64,000 nt of DNA. It comes from a virus. Taxonomy: Duplodnaviria; Caudoviricetes. This document shows positions 25,208-35,820 of this stretch, in pieces (position 1 is the first letter of the stretch; each line of letters begins with the position of its first letter). The position numbers and the translations under genes were made by a program. Location: positions 84,073-148,072 of IMG/VR virus record IMGVR_UViG_3300028914_000061, one strand, 5' to 3'. The notes below the pieces were generated by a model that was not told the DNA's origin, made no database searches, and was given only the letters and a program-made list of their open reading frames with translations.

Positions 25208-25522
25208 CTATTTTACAATACCCTCTTTTTCAAGTTTTAGCATAACGGGGTCAGTGATTTCCAGAATGAAATAGTTATGGTGGTTGTGGTTATAGGCTGA
25301 CTGTGCTGTTGGGTATTTTTTATACCACATTCCATCTTCGATGATGGTTGCATCGGCATACCATCTTTTGCACCACTCAAGAAATTTTTCAATTTCCTTC
25401 AGGAAGCCTTTTTCTCCACCGACCTTATTATTGGAGAATACTTTTATCCTATATGGTTCATCAAGTAAGATAGAACCTTGCAGGAGTCTTTTAACGTATT
25501 TTGGTATTGTAAAGTTATTCAT
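25208..25522 (-). CDS. Hypothetical protein
   Basis: Last gene of the right arm. Confidence 0.7.
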   Translation of the reverse strand: MNNFTIPKYVKRLLQGSILLDEPYRIKVFSNNKVGGEKGFLKEIEKFLEWCKRWYADATIIEDGMWYKKYPTAQSAYNHNHHNYFILEITDPVMLKLEKEGIVK

Positions 25523-25929
25523 TCGTATTTTAATTTAAGGTCAATACTTTGTATATTTTCCCATAGGGTTCCGTATTTGTAATCCAAATAAGTCAAATAT
25601 TTTTCACGGTCAAATAAACTATATAGGAAACGGTAATATTCTTCTTGTTTCTTTTTATTCAGGATTGGTTTTTCGAGGCATATTGTACAAATCCACAAGT
25701 CAACGAATTTATTGTATGTGTCTGAGTATTTCTTTCCTGTTGCAACGTAATAGAAGAATCGTACAGTGACAAGTTCTAAAAGATGTAGTATTAGAACGAT
25801 TGGTGTAGTTGAGATGGCCAAGACAATGTGTATGGCAACGAGTAATACATATCCTAACATTGCAAGTAATTTACCGAAGAATTTTAGGATAATGGAAATG
25901 ATGTTGAGGAATCGTTTAATGTACTTCAT
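25519..25929 (-). CDS. Membrane protein, YYVxTG family
   Basis: Paralog of 39664, 40001, 42351. Confidence 0.72.
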   Translation of the reverse strand: MKYIKRFLNIISIILKFFGKLLAMLGYVLLVAIHIVLAISTTPIVLILHLLELVTVRFFYYVATGKKYSDTYNKFVDLWICTICLEKPILNKKKQEEYYRFLYSLFDREKYLTYLDYKYGTLWENIQSIDLKLKYE

Positions 25930-26230
25930 GGGATTTTCTTTCGTTACGTTCTTTTTCGTTTTGTTCTATATCGGCCAGGGTTTGGTTATACATCCTGAGG
26001 GCTTTCCATAGGGCCCAACCGCAAAAGATATACAATGGCAATTCAAAGCACAGGAACCACACAAGGTTAAATCCAAGTAGGTAATAGTGCGATACAACGG
26101 CCATTGCGATTGCTACCAATGCGATGACAAATAGTGTATAGCCACCGCCTGTTTTGAGAAAGTCATTAAAATTTAAATAAAACTTATCTCCGAGTTTCTT
26201 TAAAGCATTAATTATTTTCATGGGTTCCAA
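25916..26230 (-). CDS. 2-TM membrane protein
   Basis: Hydrophobic segments. Confidence 0.7.
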   Translation of the reverse strand: MEPMKIINALKKLGDKFYLNFNDFLKTGGGYTLFVIALVAIAMAVVSHYYLLGFNLVWFLCFELPLYIFCGWALWKALRMYNQTLADIEQNEKERNERKSHEVH

Positions 26231-26238
26231 AAATTTTG

Positions 26239-26574
26239 TTATTCAATATACCATTTATCGAAAGAAACGACAATAGGTAGATAATCATTTTCATTATAGC
26301 CTACAGCTTCGAATTGGATTCTACCAAAATCAACGTTCAGTTCATGGATTGTGTAGTCATAGATATGATTGACTTTACAACAGCCATCGTATTCGTAATC
26401 TTCAATTACGTCTTTAATTAGTTCTTTCCATTCCATGTATTCGTCAGTTTCGCTTCTACTAACAAACATTCCACCAATACCATAATGATGTGGTGGCATT
26501 TCATCTGCAAGGATGATGCAGATAAACCTTGAATCATAGAAACTACTTCCTTCGACTTTATATAATCTTTTCAT
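26239..26574 (-). CDS. Hypothetical protein
   Basis: Tiled ORF. Confidence 0.7.
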   Translation of the reverse strand: MKRLYKVEGSSFYDSRFICIILADEMPPHHYGIGGMFVSRSETDEYMEWKELIKDVIEDYEYDGCCKVNHIYDYTIHELNVDFGRIQFEAVGYNENDYLPIVVSFDKWYIE

Positions 26575-26578
26575 GGGT

Positions 26579-26758
26579 TTATAGCATTGTGAAACAAATA
26601 GTCATTGAAATTACAAACAAAATTAGTCCAATGCTAAAACTGATAATAGCAATTGTGTTTTTTGTTTTTGTGTAATTTTTCATATTGGAAAGGTTAAGTC
26701 CCCAACCAATAAAGGTGAGTATCCAACCAATAATGCTTAATGTAAATACGGTTTCCAT
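26579..26758 (-). CDS. Small 2-TM protein
   Basis: Start moved to METVF. Confidence 0.62.
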   Translation of the reverse strand: METVFTLSIIGWILTFIGWGLNLSNMKNYTKTKNTIAIISFSIGLILFVISMTICFTML

Positions 26759-26762
26759 GGTT

Positions 26763-27098
26763 TTACTTTTTTTCGATATGGATAAAAATTTGGTCTTCTT
26801 CAGTTCTTTCGTCTTTTCTCCATCTGTAGTCATGGATGGTCCAACCAGCGTTTTCAATTTCGTTCTTCAACTTATTGAATGTTTCTGTGGTAACAAGGTT
26901 TTTTGGAATAGTAAGCCAAAGTCTAAAGATTGCGTTTGGCATATAGTTGCCAGTGTTTCTTTGTTTCTTATTGAATGGGTCTTTGAAGAATCTTTCTTTT
27001 TCTTCTTTCCATTCTTTGATTTCGATTTCAAGGGCCTCATTGAAAAGGCTTTCAAGTTCATCGTATGATACGAACAGGTGATTAGAATTTGTAATCAT
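26763..27098 (-). CDS. Hypothetical protein
   Basis: Tiled ORF. Confidence 0.7.
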   Translation of the reverse strand: MITNSNHLFVSYDELESLFNEALEIEIKEWKEEKERFFKDPFNKKQRNTGNYMPNAIFRLWLTIPKNLVTTETFNKLKNEIENAGWTIHDYRWRKDERTEEDQIFIHIEKK

Positions 27099-27101
27099 GG
27101 A

Positions 27102-27536
27102 TTATTTGTTTTTGTAGATTTCGTTTCCAAAGAACCACTTCATGGTTTTATAGATGAGTTTTTCATCACTACCAATTTTTTCGCTGACATATTCCCACAT
27201 TTTAGGTAAATTAAGATGGTCAATATGTTGATATGTTAAATCGGTCCAATTTGAACGTTTCAATAGTTGAGCCATTTCATTGGTCAATTTTTCTCGCTCA
27301 TCATCAGGTACAAGAATCATCCATGGGCTTTTAATGTCAAAAATTGACATCTTGGTCGCTTTGTCCATGGAATTATTTGCATCACAATTGAATGGAGTGA
27401 TAAATCGGCCATTTTCGCTTTTGATAGCATAGATACCTTCTTTTCCCTTGTAGGTTTGGGTTTCAAGAGCGTTAAGGGCATCAACAACATTAATGCCGCT
27501 TTCCAATAATTTCCAATTTTTAATAGGCTTTTCCAT
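27102..27536 (-). CDS. Hypothetical protein
   Basis: Tiled ORF. Confidence 0.72.
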   Translation of the reverse strand: MEKPIKNWKLLESGINVVDALNALETQTYKGKEGIYAIKSENGRFITPFNCDANNSMDKATKMSIFDIKSPWMILVPDDEREKLTNEMAQLLKRSNWTDLTYQHIDHLNLPKMWEYVSEKIGSDEKLIYKTMKWFFGNEIYKNK

Positions 27537-27547
27537 ATAATTAAAAT

Positions 27548-27910
27548 TTAAATTTCGTCAAAGTTAAAGAATCTGCTATACGTAGAATCATCATAATAGT
27601 AAAATCCTGTAAGCTCATACATTTTGTCTATTTGAGCCTTTGTTGGTCTTGGATAATCATCCTCATATCCGATAATATGCTCACAACTCCATCTGTCAAT
27701 TGTGGTGGAGAATCTTATCCAACCTCTCTTCTCAAGAGTTTCTTGGAAGCACTCACTAAATCCACGCTCCTCCCAATCATCAAAATCAATTGGTCTGTTT
27801 CCATCCATGGGAAACTCATCTTTCAGAATCTCTTGTGCAACTTTTTCGTGCTTGAACTCTTCAACATATGTTATGTTCCCATAAGGGTCCATCCAACAAT
27901 CTCTTTTCAT
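27548..27910 (-). CDS. Hypothetical protein
   Basis: Own promoter. Confidence 0.72.
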   Translation of the reverse strand: MKRDCWMDPYGNITYVEEFKHEKVAQEILKDEFPMDGNRPIDFDDWEERGFSECFQETLEKRGWIRFSTTIDRWSCEHIIGYEDDYPRPTKAQIDKMYELTGFYYYDDSTYSRFFNFDEI

Positions 27911-27966
27911 TTTATTTTTAGAATTTTAATTACATTGAACTATTATACAAAAATCATGCCAGACTT

Positions 27967-28398
27967 TTAATCCCTTTCATAAAAATATTCAGTCTTTCCA
28001 CATTTTGTACAAGTGCATTTATAGTAACAAGAGTCAACCCATTCTTTATAGCCCCAATGATGGTCACAATAATTTTGTACTCGTTCATTTGCTTTCTCTT
28101 GTTCTTCACATCTGATTTCTTCTCGCAACAATTCGGTATCTTTTTCGCACTTTGCTTCAATAAGAATTTCATTGTATTTGTTATATACAAGCATTCTTTT
28201 CATAATTTCATTTGTGAAATCCAAATAATTGTTTGTTTTTGCACAAATGTTTTCAATAAGCATATTTCTATCAAGCCTATGGTTATAAAACGTTGGAAGC
28301 ATTCCAAGTAAAACTTCTGCTTGTGTGAAGTAAGTTTCGTCTTCTTCGTTTTCAAACAATTTTTCTGGATGTGCGAGATAGTATGTGTTTTTATCCAT
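27967..28398 (-). CDS. Hypothetical protein, C-terminal Zn-finger-like
   Basis: CDHHW...CTKC; own promoter. Confidence 0.72.
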   Translation of the reverse strand: MDKNTYYLAHPEKLFENEEDETYFTQAEVLLGMLPTFYNHRLDRNMLIENICAKTNNYLDFTNEIMKRMLVYNKYNEILIEAKCEKDTELLREEIRCEEQEKANERVQNYCDHHWGYKEWVDSCYYKCTCTKCGKTEYFYERD

Positions 28399-28448
28399 AA
28401 TTATGATTTTAATGTTGTTTACTGATTATATACAAAAATCATGCCAAA

Positions 28449-28946
28449 CTAACTAAGTGGCCATCTTTCATTGTCATTTTCTTTGTTTCCGTCAAAAACA
28501 GTTGTTAGATTATTAAAATGTGGTAGTTCTCTAATGTTCTTAATATGGGTTTCTTTTTCAAGTTCCTCAAAGAATTTTTCTTCGCTTACTTCTTCCATGG
28601 ATTTATATATGTCATAAAGGTTTGATGTCTTCATGAATCTATAGTTATTTATGGAATATATTATTTTTTCCCAGTATGAGCAATGTTCGGTTAATTCATG
28701 CTCAACATCGTAGAGTTTATATCCATGTTCAAATTCAAAGTCTTGGATATATTTAGGTCGGCCACAATCAGTAAGAACGTGCTTTACCTTGTACATGAAT
28801 ATTCTATAATCAAAGCCTTTAATGATAAAGCATTTGTCAATAAACAATACCTTTAAGTCTTCAGGATGCTCTTCAAAATAAGTTTCAACATCCTCTTTTG
28901 TTTTCAATAGAGTTTCGTACTCTTCTATAACGCTTAAAATATCCAT
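28449..28946 (-). CDS. Hypothetical protein
   Basis: Tiled ORF. Confidence 0.72.
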   Translation of the reverse strand: MDILSVIEEYETLLKTKEDVETYFEEHPEDLKVLFIDKCFIIKGFDYRIFMYKVKHVLTDCGRPKYIQDFEFEHGYKLYDVEHELTEHCSYWEKIIYSINNYRFMKTSNLYDIYKSMEEVSEEKFFEELEKETHIKNIRELPHFNNLTTVFDGNKENDNERWPLS

Positions 28947-28949
28947 ATA

Positions 28950-29315
28950 TTATAATTTATACATATCTTTTGGTGCTTCAAGGGCAATTCTTTTTCTAAT
29001 AAGTCCACGGTAATCAAGATGATGTTCATTGTAGAAATCAATTCTTTCCACATCGGTTCCATTACCCATCAATTGGAATAGTTCTTCTTTTTCTGCTTTA
29101 GTCATTTTTGACAATGAACGAAGATACGGTTTTGCTTCCTTCCAAAAATAATGATGCCGACTGCCGCCACCAGTCATAATTACAATTCCTGATGTAAAAA
29201 CACCTGTAAGTCTTCCTTCATTAATTGCATAGCCTTCTTTACCCTTAATAAATGGATGGTATTTTAATCTTGCACAAAGGTCTTTGGATAATAAATCTTC
29301 TTCTTCTTTCGTCAT
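28950..29315 (-). CDS. Hypothetical phage protein
   Basis: KDLCARL...KPYLRSLS...LDYRGLI. Confidence 0.75.
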   Translation of the reverse strand: MTKEEEDLLSKDLCARLKYHPFIKGKEGYAINEGRLTGVFTSGIVIMTGGGSRHHYFWKEAKPYLRSLSKMTKAEKEELFQLMGNGTDVERIDFYNEHHLDYRGLIRKRIALEAPKDMYKL

Positions 29316-29463
29316 ATTTTGACATTCATTAAATACTCACAGTCAATATCAATTGAATAAGTGGATATGAAGTCTTCAACAATATCTTTTGTGGGCTTAT
29401 TAATTTTGTTTCTTTTACAATAAAGTATGAACCAGTTTGCTATACCTTTTTTTTCTTCATTGG

Positions 29464-30315
29464 TCATAGTTCATCTGTATGTTGATAAGTTCTATACATT
29501 ACGGCATAGTCTTCAGGTCTTATTGAGATACCTGTTTTCCATGGGCAAATACTATGGATTTTTCTTTCAGGGATTCCTGCATTTTCGAGGATTAGGTAAA
29601 TGGCCCAACTTGGGTCATAATCACAATACATGTCAATATTGAATCCGTATTTCCAATCGTATTCATTGTTTTTGCTCTTCAATGTTGTTTTGAGCCATTC
29701 AATGTCATCCATGTCATATGTTTCTCCAAAATGGATAAGCCTCTTGTAGTATTCTTGGAATAATTCATGGGCTTTTTGTTTCATTTCATCAGTAATGTCG
29801 GCTTTTGCATCATTAGCAAGGATTGTAGCTAGGGCACAAGCAGGAAATCCACAACCATGGCTTTCATTCAGTGCGCCATTGTCTTGTAAATGCCAACCAA
29901 ATATAAGTTCACACCATTTGTCAGCTGCAATTTTAGCAGCCTCTTCAGCAGTATGCGCCCTACCATTTACTTCTACCCAATTTTTGGATAAATTGCAGTC
30001 GTAACGGCATTTATACCAAACTCCTGAAACATCGCTGTGCCTTCTCCATGCCTTATATTCATCTGTTTCTTTAATAGCATCCCTATCAAGGCTCCAATTA
30101 ATCTTTTCGTATGTATCTTCTACATACTCATCAAGAACATCAGACAAATATCTTTCGGCTGCTGTAAGGTTTTCTTTTTTGAAAAATTCATTGATAACCT
30201 TTTCAATATCATCATCTGTGATTTCAGGCACTTCTAGTTTTTCTTCTTCGAGTTTGTTATGAAATTCTTCTGTAAAATCTTCAATAACTTCTTTGATTAA
30301 TTCTTTTTTATCCAT
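29464..30315 (-). CDS. Hypothetical protein
   Basis: 283-aa ORF. Confidence 0.8.
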   Translation of the reverse strand: MDKKELIKEVIEDFTEEFHNKLEEEKLEVPEITDDDIEKVINEFFKKENLTAAERYLSDVLDEYVEDTYEKINWSLDRDAIKETDEYKAWRRHSDVSGVWYKCRYDCNLSKNWVEVNGRAHTAEEAAKIAADKWCELIFGWHLQDNGALNESHGCGFPACALATILANDAKADITDEMKQKAHELFQEYYKRLIHFGETYDMDDIEWLKTTLKSKNNEYDWKYGFNIDMYCDYDPSWAIYLILENAGIPERKIHSICPWKTGISIRPEDYAVMYRTYQHTDEL

Positions 30316-30332
30316 TGTGTTTAAAATTTAAA

Positions 30333-30605
30333 TTAATACATTTGATTCAATGTGCATACAATAGACTCATAAATTATTTCCATTGTTTCAAGTGAATATG
30401 GAGTGTGCAATCCAACATTTTCTGCTGATGTTTTTACATCATCCAAAATGTCTTTCATTTTTTCTTCGGGCCATTTAGCAAGTTCATCCTTGATTTCTTG
30501 AGAAAATGTTACGTGTACTGTATAATTACAATCACAATACACATCAATATTATCCTTGTTAATCAAGTGTTTAGGTAACATATAATACTTTTCCATATTT
30601 GTCAT
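30333..30605 (-). CDS. Hypothetical protein
   Basis: Tiled ORF. Confidence 0.68.
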   Translation of the reverse strand: MTNMEKYYMLPKHLINKDNIDVYCDCNYTVHVTFSQEIKDELAKWPEEKMKDILDDVKTSAENVGLHTPYSLETMEIIYESIVCTLNQMY

Positions 30606-30609
30606 GTCA

Positions 30610-31422
30610 TTAATCTTTAAGTAATTGTTTTTTCAATTCCTCTTTTTGTTCTTTAGACAAAGACTTTAACAGTTTCTTTATGTCAGCCTTTAATGGGTCT
30701 GCCGGTTTTCTCTTTCTTGGATAATATTTTTTCTTTCCGCCATCCCTATATTTACTCCAATTGTTGTACATGTTAATAACTGTACCCCAAAGATGTATTC
30801 CTTGTAGTAAAACTATATGGTTTGCACCATATTTTCTTTCTGCTTCTTTTATTGGATTGAATCTTTCTTTTTTACAGAACTTTACGTATTCAAATGCAAA
30901 TTTTTCATCCATATTTTTCACAAGATATGGAGTAAATTCAAAATGGTTAGTTCCGTCACCCCTTTCGACTAAGGCAGTTCTTATAATCTTTTTTGCTTCA
31001 TTTATTTCATACTCAAATCCAACAATTGTACCAACATACGTGAAAGTAAGACTTGGTGATAAATGTGAATCTTCATAATCACCCCAAAAGGCATCTGCTA
31101 TTACGGTATCACCAATTGACAACAGTTCTTTATCGTGGGAAATGAATTCAATAGTTTCTTCATGCTCATTAGGCGTTCCTTCCAAATCTTCTTCAGGTAT
31201 CCAATTATGAAATTGAATGTACTCATCACAATAGGCGTATAAATTGTAAACCACATTTACAATATTGTTTGCTTTAATTGTACATTTACATCTTGAAATT
31301 TTATATTCTTTTGGCGTAAATTCACTTTCAAGTACATACTTACCGTATTGCATGTTTTGATACGATGGTAACTTTTTCAGTAATACCGTATCACCAACAT
31401 TATATTTAAAATTAACTTTCAT
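30610..31422 (-). CDS. Hypothetical protein
   Basis: 270-aa ORF. Confidence 0.8.
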   Translation of the reverse strand: MKVNFKYNVGDTVLLKKLPSYQNMQYGKYVLESEFTPKEYKISRCKCTIKANNIVNVVYNLYAYCDEYIQFHNWIPEEDLEGTPNEHEETIEFISHDKELLSIGDTVIADAFWGDYEDSHLSPSLTFTYVGTIVGFEYEINEAKKIIRTALVERGDGTNHFEFTPYLVKNMDEKFAFEYVKFCKKERFNPIKEAERKYGANHIVLLQGIHLWGTVINMYNNWSKYRDGGKKKYYPRKRKPADPLKADIKKLLKSLSKEQKEELKKQLLKD

Positions 31423-31424
31423 AT

Positions 31425-31676
31425 TTATTCCTCCGCTATATATAACATTTTACAGGAAACCAACGAATCATCCTCAATAAATGAGAATGCAAGTTTTTCT
31501 TTTCCGTCATTTCCTGTAATAACACCAACGTCTTTAATGGTATTTTCCCATAGTTGGCTTTTGAATGGTTTTCCAGAAAGTTTCTTACACTTCTTTCCAA
31601 TATACTGAACCGCATCTTCATGTGATTCAATATTGAGTTTCAAGCGTAGTTTTTCTGATTTAGTCAGTTTACTCAT
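31425..31676 (-). CDS. Hypothetical protein
   Basis: Tiled ORF. Confidence 0.68.
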   Translation of the reverse strand: MSKLTKSEKLRLKLNIESHEDAVQYIGKKCKKLSGKPFKSQLWENTIKDVGVITGNDGKEKLAFSFIEDDSLVSCKMLYIAEE

Positions 31677-31841
31677 GGATTCTAATGGTTTTCTTTGTGT
31701 AGTCTAACAATATTAGTTGCAAAGATAAAAAATGCCACAAAAAAAATAATAGCAGCGACCAATGGGGCTGCTTTTATTACGCACCATCCAACAATCAAAA
31801 GAATCCATCCAATGATGGTTAAAATTGTGGTTTTACTCATA

Positions 31842-32249
31842 TTAAATTAGTTTTTCGAGACAATATTTAATTGAAGTTTCCATTGCTTCTTCGTAAGTTT
31901 CGCAAATTGGTATGTCGTAATTATCAATTCGGCTTTCACAATCAATGAATAACTTTCCGTCATCAATTTTTGCTCCGCCTATATAAGAAAACCATCCTCT
32001 ATCAAGGTGTATTGTTGAAATGAACAAATTGTGTTTTTCAATAAGCCATGTCATAACTTGATAGAAAGTTGGCACAGAACAAATAAATTTATATTGTGGC
32101 TCAAAACGGTTTCTATCATCAAATTGTATAACTTCGTATTTTTCACCACCATACATGGAAGTATATTCTGCATACCATGCTTTACATGGGGCATGAAAGC
32201 CCTTTTCCTTCAATAATTTTGAAGTTTCAAAAGAAACAAGGTCACTCAT
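31842..32249 (-). CDS. ETAKLLKEKGF-family protein
   Basis: Paralog of 53776, 54685, 55137, 60846. Confidence 0.78.
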   Translation of the reverse strand: MSDLVSFETSKLLKEKGFHAPCKAWYAEYTSMYGGEKYEVIQFDDRNRFEPQYKFICSVPTFYQVMTWLIEKHNLFISTIHLDRGWFSYIGGAKIDDGKLFIDCESRIDNYDIPICETYEEAMETSIKYCLEKLI

Positions 32250-32254
32250 GTAAG

Positions 32255-32641
32255 TTAATCTTTAAAATATTTCATGTGTTCTTCAAGTTCTTGCATATAG
32301 GCATCCATTTCATTATAGATTGCTCTATATTTTTCATGGCTTTCTGTTTCAGGAAGTTCCAAAAGGCGATAGCCAAATTCCTCAAGTTTTCTACCTGTTT
32401 TGGGGAACAATAAGCCTTTTTTGACGAACTTTGTAAAGTAGTCATCAATGCCTTCAGCAATGACTTTTGTGTGCAATGTTAATGGATATGCTTCTGTGCC
32501 TCCATTATAAGAGCATTCAACATAACCATTTGAAAATTTCACATTGCCGTATTCGTTTTTTTCCTCAAGTATTTGAGCAATTTTTCCATCGGTAGTGACA
32601 ATCCACTCACCTTTTTTAAAAGAATCAAGTCTTCTGCTCAT
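32255..32641 (-). CDS. Hypothetical protein
   Basis: Tiled ORF. Confidence 0.72.
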   Translation of the reverse strand: MSRRLDSFKKGEWIVTTDGKIAQILEEKNEYGNVKFSNGYVECSYNGGTEAYPLTLHTKVIAEGIDDYFTKFVKKGLLFPKTGRKLEEFGYRLLELPETESHEKYRAIYNEMDAYMQELEEHMKYFKD

Positions 32642-32847
32642 TGTTCAATCGGGATTTTAGTTAATGATTCACGGCTTAAAATATAGCCATCTTCCTTAGC
32701 ATGGCAACCTTTGCCATAGAGCATATTTGAATAACGGCCTTTTTCAACAAGGTCTTCGTGAGTTGCGAAGAACACATCTTCGGTGAATTCATCACCCTTT
32801 TTCACTTTTACCCAAGTGGGCATCTTTACTTCTTTGTTGGTTTCCAT
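32638..32847 (-). CDS. Hypothetical protein
   Basis: Tiled ORF. Confidence 0.62.
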   Translation of the reverse strand: METNKEVKMPTWVKVKKGDEFTEDVFFATHEDLVEKGRYSNMLYGKGCHAKEDGYILSRESLTKIPIEQ

Positions 32848-32858
32848 AATTATAATTT

Positions 32859-33149
32859 TTAAATCCAAAGTTTACCAAATTCGTTTTCCCATCCACCGCT
32901 ATAGATAGATACAGTTTTACCATTTAATCCGTATTCTTGGAAAACTATTGTTCCTGTACCTTTAGGGCAGAACCAATCACTGCTTTCCATCAGTGCATCA
33001 ACAGCTTCTTTGAGTGTTTTGTGGTATGAAGTTGCACGTGAATGATATTCATCAATAGAATTTTCGATATAAAAGAATCCGTTTTTTGTTTCAAGTTCAG
33101 CAATCACATCAATTTTGTGAAGTGCATTGTAGATTTCTTCTTTTGTCAT
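32859..33149 (-). CDS. Hypothetical protein
   Basis: Own promoter. Confidence 0.7.
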   Translation of the reverse strand: MTKEEIYNALHKIDVIAELETKNGFFYIENSIDEYHSRATSYHKTLKEAVDALMESSDWFCPKGTGTIVFQEYGLNGKTVSIYSGGWENEFGKLWI

Positions 33150-33204
33150 AATTCAAATTTTTGAGGTTTACTATGAATATACAAAAATCATGCCAAAAAT
33201 CCAA

Positions 33205-33549
33205 TTACCAACAAATACTTGTTTGAAAAGGATGAGGATAAACCTTTGAAATGTTGTTGTCAATCGGGTAATAGTCGCCACAGGCGTATCTTCCGCCCTT
33301 GTTGTCCTTGTAGTTGATGATGTAGATGACCATCAGATACAGTGGCCAGTTGTTGTCATCAACATACAGTTTGACGTGATGCGGGGCCAATGAATCTTTC
33401 TCGTACAGTTCTTCAATGGCCTCTTTATGGGATTCCTCGGCCTCTGCCATAATAAGTTTCTTGTCACGTTCAACAACAGGCTCACAATCGTACTTTTTTC
33501 CGTTGAACTCAAAAGAGTTTGAGTTGATGTTAATTTCTTCAGTTCTCAT
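33205..33549 (-). CDS. Hypothetical protein
   Basis: Own promoter. Confidence 0.72.
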   Translation of the reverse strand: MRTEEININSNSFEFNGKKYDCEPVVERDKKLIMAEAEESHKEAIEELYEKDSLAPHHVKLYVDDNNWPLYLMVIYIINYKDNKGGRYACGDYYPIDNNISKVYPHPFQTSICW

Positions 33550-33608
33550 TTAGATTAATTTTAAAGTTACACCGTAATATTATCAAAAACTATGCCAAAC
33601 TTATTTGG

Positions 33609-33881
33609 TCAGTCAACAATTTCAGGAATTTTGTTCAAACTTGAAATATCAACAGAGAAAATGTTTCCGTTGTTTCCAACTTCGACACAATGAAGAACGA
33701 CATATCTGTCTTTCTCCGTCATTTCGGGCCTATACTTAACGACCAAAATACCGCCGTTTTCCTCCCAATCATCATAAAAATGTTCAGGCTGTTTGATATA
33801 TGTAAGGATATTATCCTTTGAATGGGAATATTCGTAAACCCCAAAATAATTGAACTTTAGTTTCTTTGCGATATTATCCAT
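33609..33881 (-). CDS. Hypothetical protein
   Basis: Tiled ORF. Confidence 0.68.
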   Translation of the reverse strand: MDNIAKKLKFNYFGVYEYSHSKDNILTYIKQPEHFYDDWEENGGILVVKYRPEMTEKDRYVVLHCVEVGNNGNIFSVDISSLNKIPEIVD

Positions 33882-33893
33882 ATAATTCAAATT

Positions 33894-34364
33894 TTAGTCC
33901 TGATGCTTTCCTACAAAATATATTTGTGAAGAGGCATATGTTTTTTGCTTTATAACATTGGCATTGCCCCCAAGAACAACGCATTCACCCTCCACATATT
34001 CAGCGCCAGCTGGGATGATACAATCAAAAATCTCAAATCCCCTGTTTTTAAGGACTTTCAAATTTTTGTCTGAAGGGAATGTATGGATAAAACCATTGTC
34101 ATAGATATACAATTTGTCCGCATCTTTATCAACACAATCATACATAAGGCTATCCCAAAATGATTTCCTGCCCAAAAGATTCCCTTTAAAATGGAATCCA
34201 TCGCAAGAAGCAACAAGTGGCATTTCGCCACTCATTATGTTCTTTTTAAGGTAATGGTGCGTAAAGGGTGTACGATAGCCCTTTGCTTTCTTTTGCATGA
34301 TTTTAAGAACGTGAATATCGGTCTCAGCGGTTTTTGTCTTTTTTTCTTTTGAAATGCAACACAT
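33894..34364 (-). CDS. Hypothetical protein, paralog of 45664-46095
   Basis: MC..A..DI...K; IHTF; CIIPAGA. Confidence 0.75.
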   Translation of the reverse strand: MCCISKEKKTKTAETDIHVLKIMQKKAKGYRTPFTHHYLKKNIMSGEMPLVASCDGFHFKGNLLGRKSFWDSLMYDCVDKDADKLYIYDNGFIHTFPSDKNLKVLKNRGFEIFDCIIPAGAEYVEGECVVLGGNANVIKQKTYASSQIYFVGKHQD

Positions 34365-34417
34365 AATTTTAATTTTTAAAGTTATGCCTTACACTTATCA
34401 AAAACCGTGCCAAACTT

Positions 34418-34603
34418 TTAGATGCGGGTATCAAAAGTCCAACATTCACATTTTTCTTTCAAATTGTTGAAGTCTTCATCGTCATCTTCCCAAGTATGTC
34501 TGTCAATGAAGCATACGTTTGGCATTGGTTTTGGGTACTTCGTGGAGAAATACCAATGTCTGCAAGTTTTGCAGTATATACAGGTTTTCGGCTTATTTTC
34601 CAT
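34418..34603 (-). CDS. Small Cys-rich protein
   Basis: CIYCKTC. Confidence 0.6.
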   Translation of the reverse strand: MENKPKTCIYCKTCRHWYFSTKYPKPMPNVCFIDRHTWEDDDEDFNNLKEKCECWTFDTRI

Positions 34604-34604
34604 A

Positions 34605-34988
34605 TTAATCAAGTTCAGGACTATACATTAGTCCATCTTTTTCAGGACCATTATTTTCTTTTACAAACTCTTCAAGTTTAGCATAATACTCTCTACCTTT
34701 TTCATCTGATTCTTCAAAGGCATCGAAGCAATCCATTATTTGTCTCATGGAAAAATTGGGTTCAACTCTTCCCCCTGAGTTTATTTTTGATATTTCAAAA
34801 CAAATGTTTGCAACTTTGTAGATGAAATCTTTCATCTGTTCGCTTGGGTTGTCTTTATTCATAAGTTTTTTAAGCATTTTTTCAAATTCGTCATAAACTT
34901 CCCATGCACGTTCAAGGTGTCCGCTTCTTATTTCCTCGAATACTGAATTAAGGATAAGTTGAATTTCTTTTTTTTCTTCTTTATTCAT
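34605..34988 (-). CDS. Hypothetical protein
   Basis: Tiled ORF. Confidence 0.7.
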   Translation of the reverse strand: MNKEEKKEIQLILNSVFEEIRSGHLERAWEVYDEFEKMLKKLMNKDNPSEQMKDFIYKVANICFEISKINSGGRVEPNFSMRQIMDCFDAFEESDEKGREYYAKLEEFVKENNGPEKDGLMYSPELD

Positions 34989-35158
34989 ATATCTAAATTT
35001 TAAAACCAATCACAACTAAAATGCCAATCAAGCAATTTTTTTTCTTCTTGAGATAATTTGTCATAGCATTCTTTGCAGTAAGATTCTGAATCACGGCACA
35101 TGTTTCCATATACATGGCCAGCTATTTCTTTACCGCATTTTATACACTTTGCCATTTA

Positions 35159-35809
35159 TCAATCCTCATAAATTATTGGAAGTGAGTCTAATACATTTTG
35201 TAATTGGTATTCGTAAATACCTCTTCTTATTGTTTCTCCTGTTTTTGGATTCTTGATTAGATACCGTACATAATTGTCAGAATCGCCATCACGGTCATCT
35301 TCTACTATGTATTCCAATTTCTTTTTCTTGGCATCGTCAAGTGTATATCCCTTATTGAGACGTTCTTTAAGTCGTGCAAGTTTGCGTTCTTTTTCATTTT
35401 GGAATCTATCCCATCCAAAGAACACTGCCATTTGTTCCATTAAAATCCACACATCAGCAAGTTCTGTAATGACTTCATCCTCATTTACACGTCCACGGTC
35501 ATATTTACCAATAGCGTTAAGCATCTCTCCTGTCTCTTCCATTACCATCATTATTTGTGGTCCAATCCCCCAATCGTGTAGAGCCTTTTTATATAACTCT
35601 ATTCTTTTTTTTGCCGCCATTCCGCATAAATCGTGTTCACGGATTGCTTCTTCGTGGTCATCAATGGCATCCATATAGCCATTTTTATAGCCTTCCCTTT
35701 TGTCATTGTTTTGGTCAATGTAATCACATCCAAAGTAATACAAATCTTCAGGAAAAGCCTTTAATGCCTTTTCTTCCAAATAATCTTTACTTATTCCTAT
35801 TAATCCCAT
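35159..35809 (-). CDS. MazG-like NTP pyrophosphohydrolase domain protein
   Basis: MEETGEMLNAI...EVITELADV (EExxE..ELAD). Confidence 0.8.
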   Translation of the reverse strand: MGLIGISKDYLEEKALKAFPEDLYYFGCDYIDQNNDKREGYKNGYMDAIDDHEEAIREHDLCGMAAKKRIELYKKALHDWGIGPQIMMVMEETGEMLNAIGKYDRGRVNEDEVITELADVWILMEQMAVFFGWDRFQNEKERKLARLKERLNKGYTLDDAKKKKLEYIVEDDRDGDSDNYVRYLIKNPKTGETIRRGIYEYQLQNVLDSLPIIYED

Positions 35810-35820
35810 GGTAAATCAGA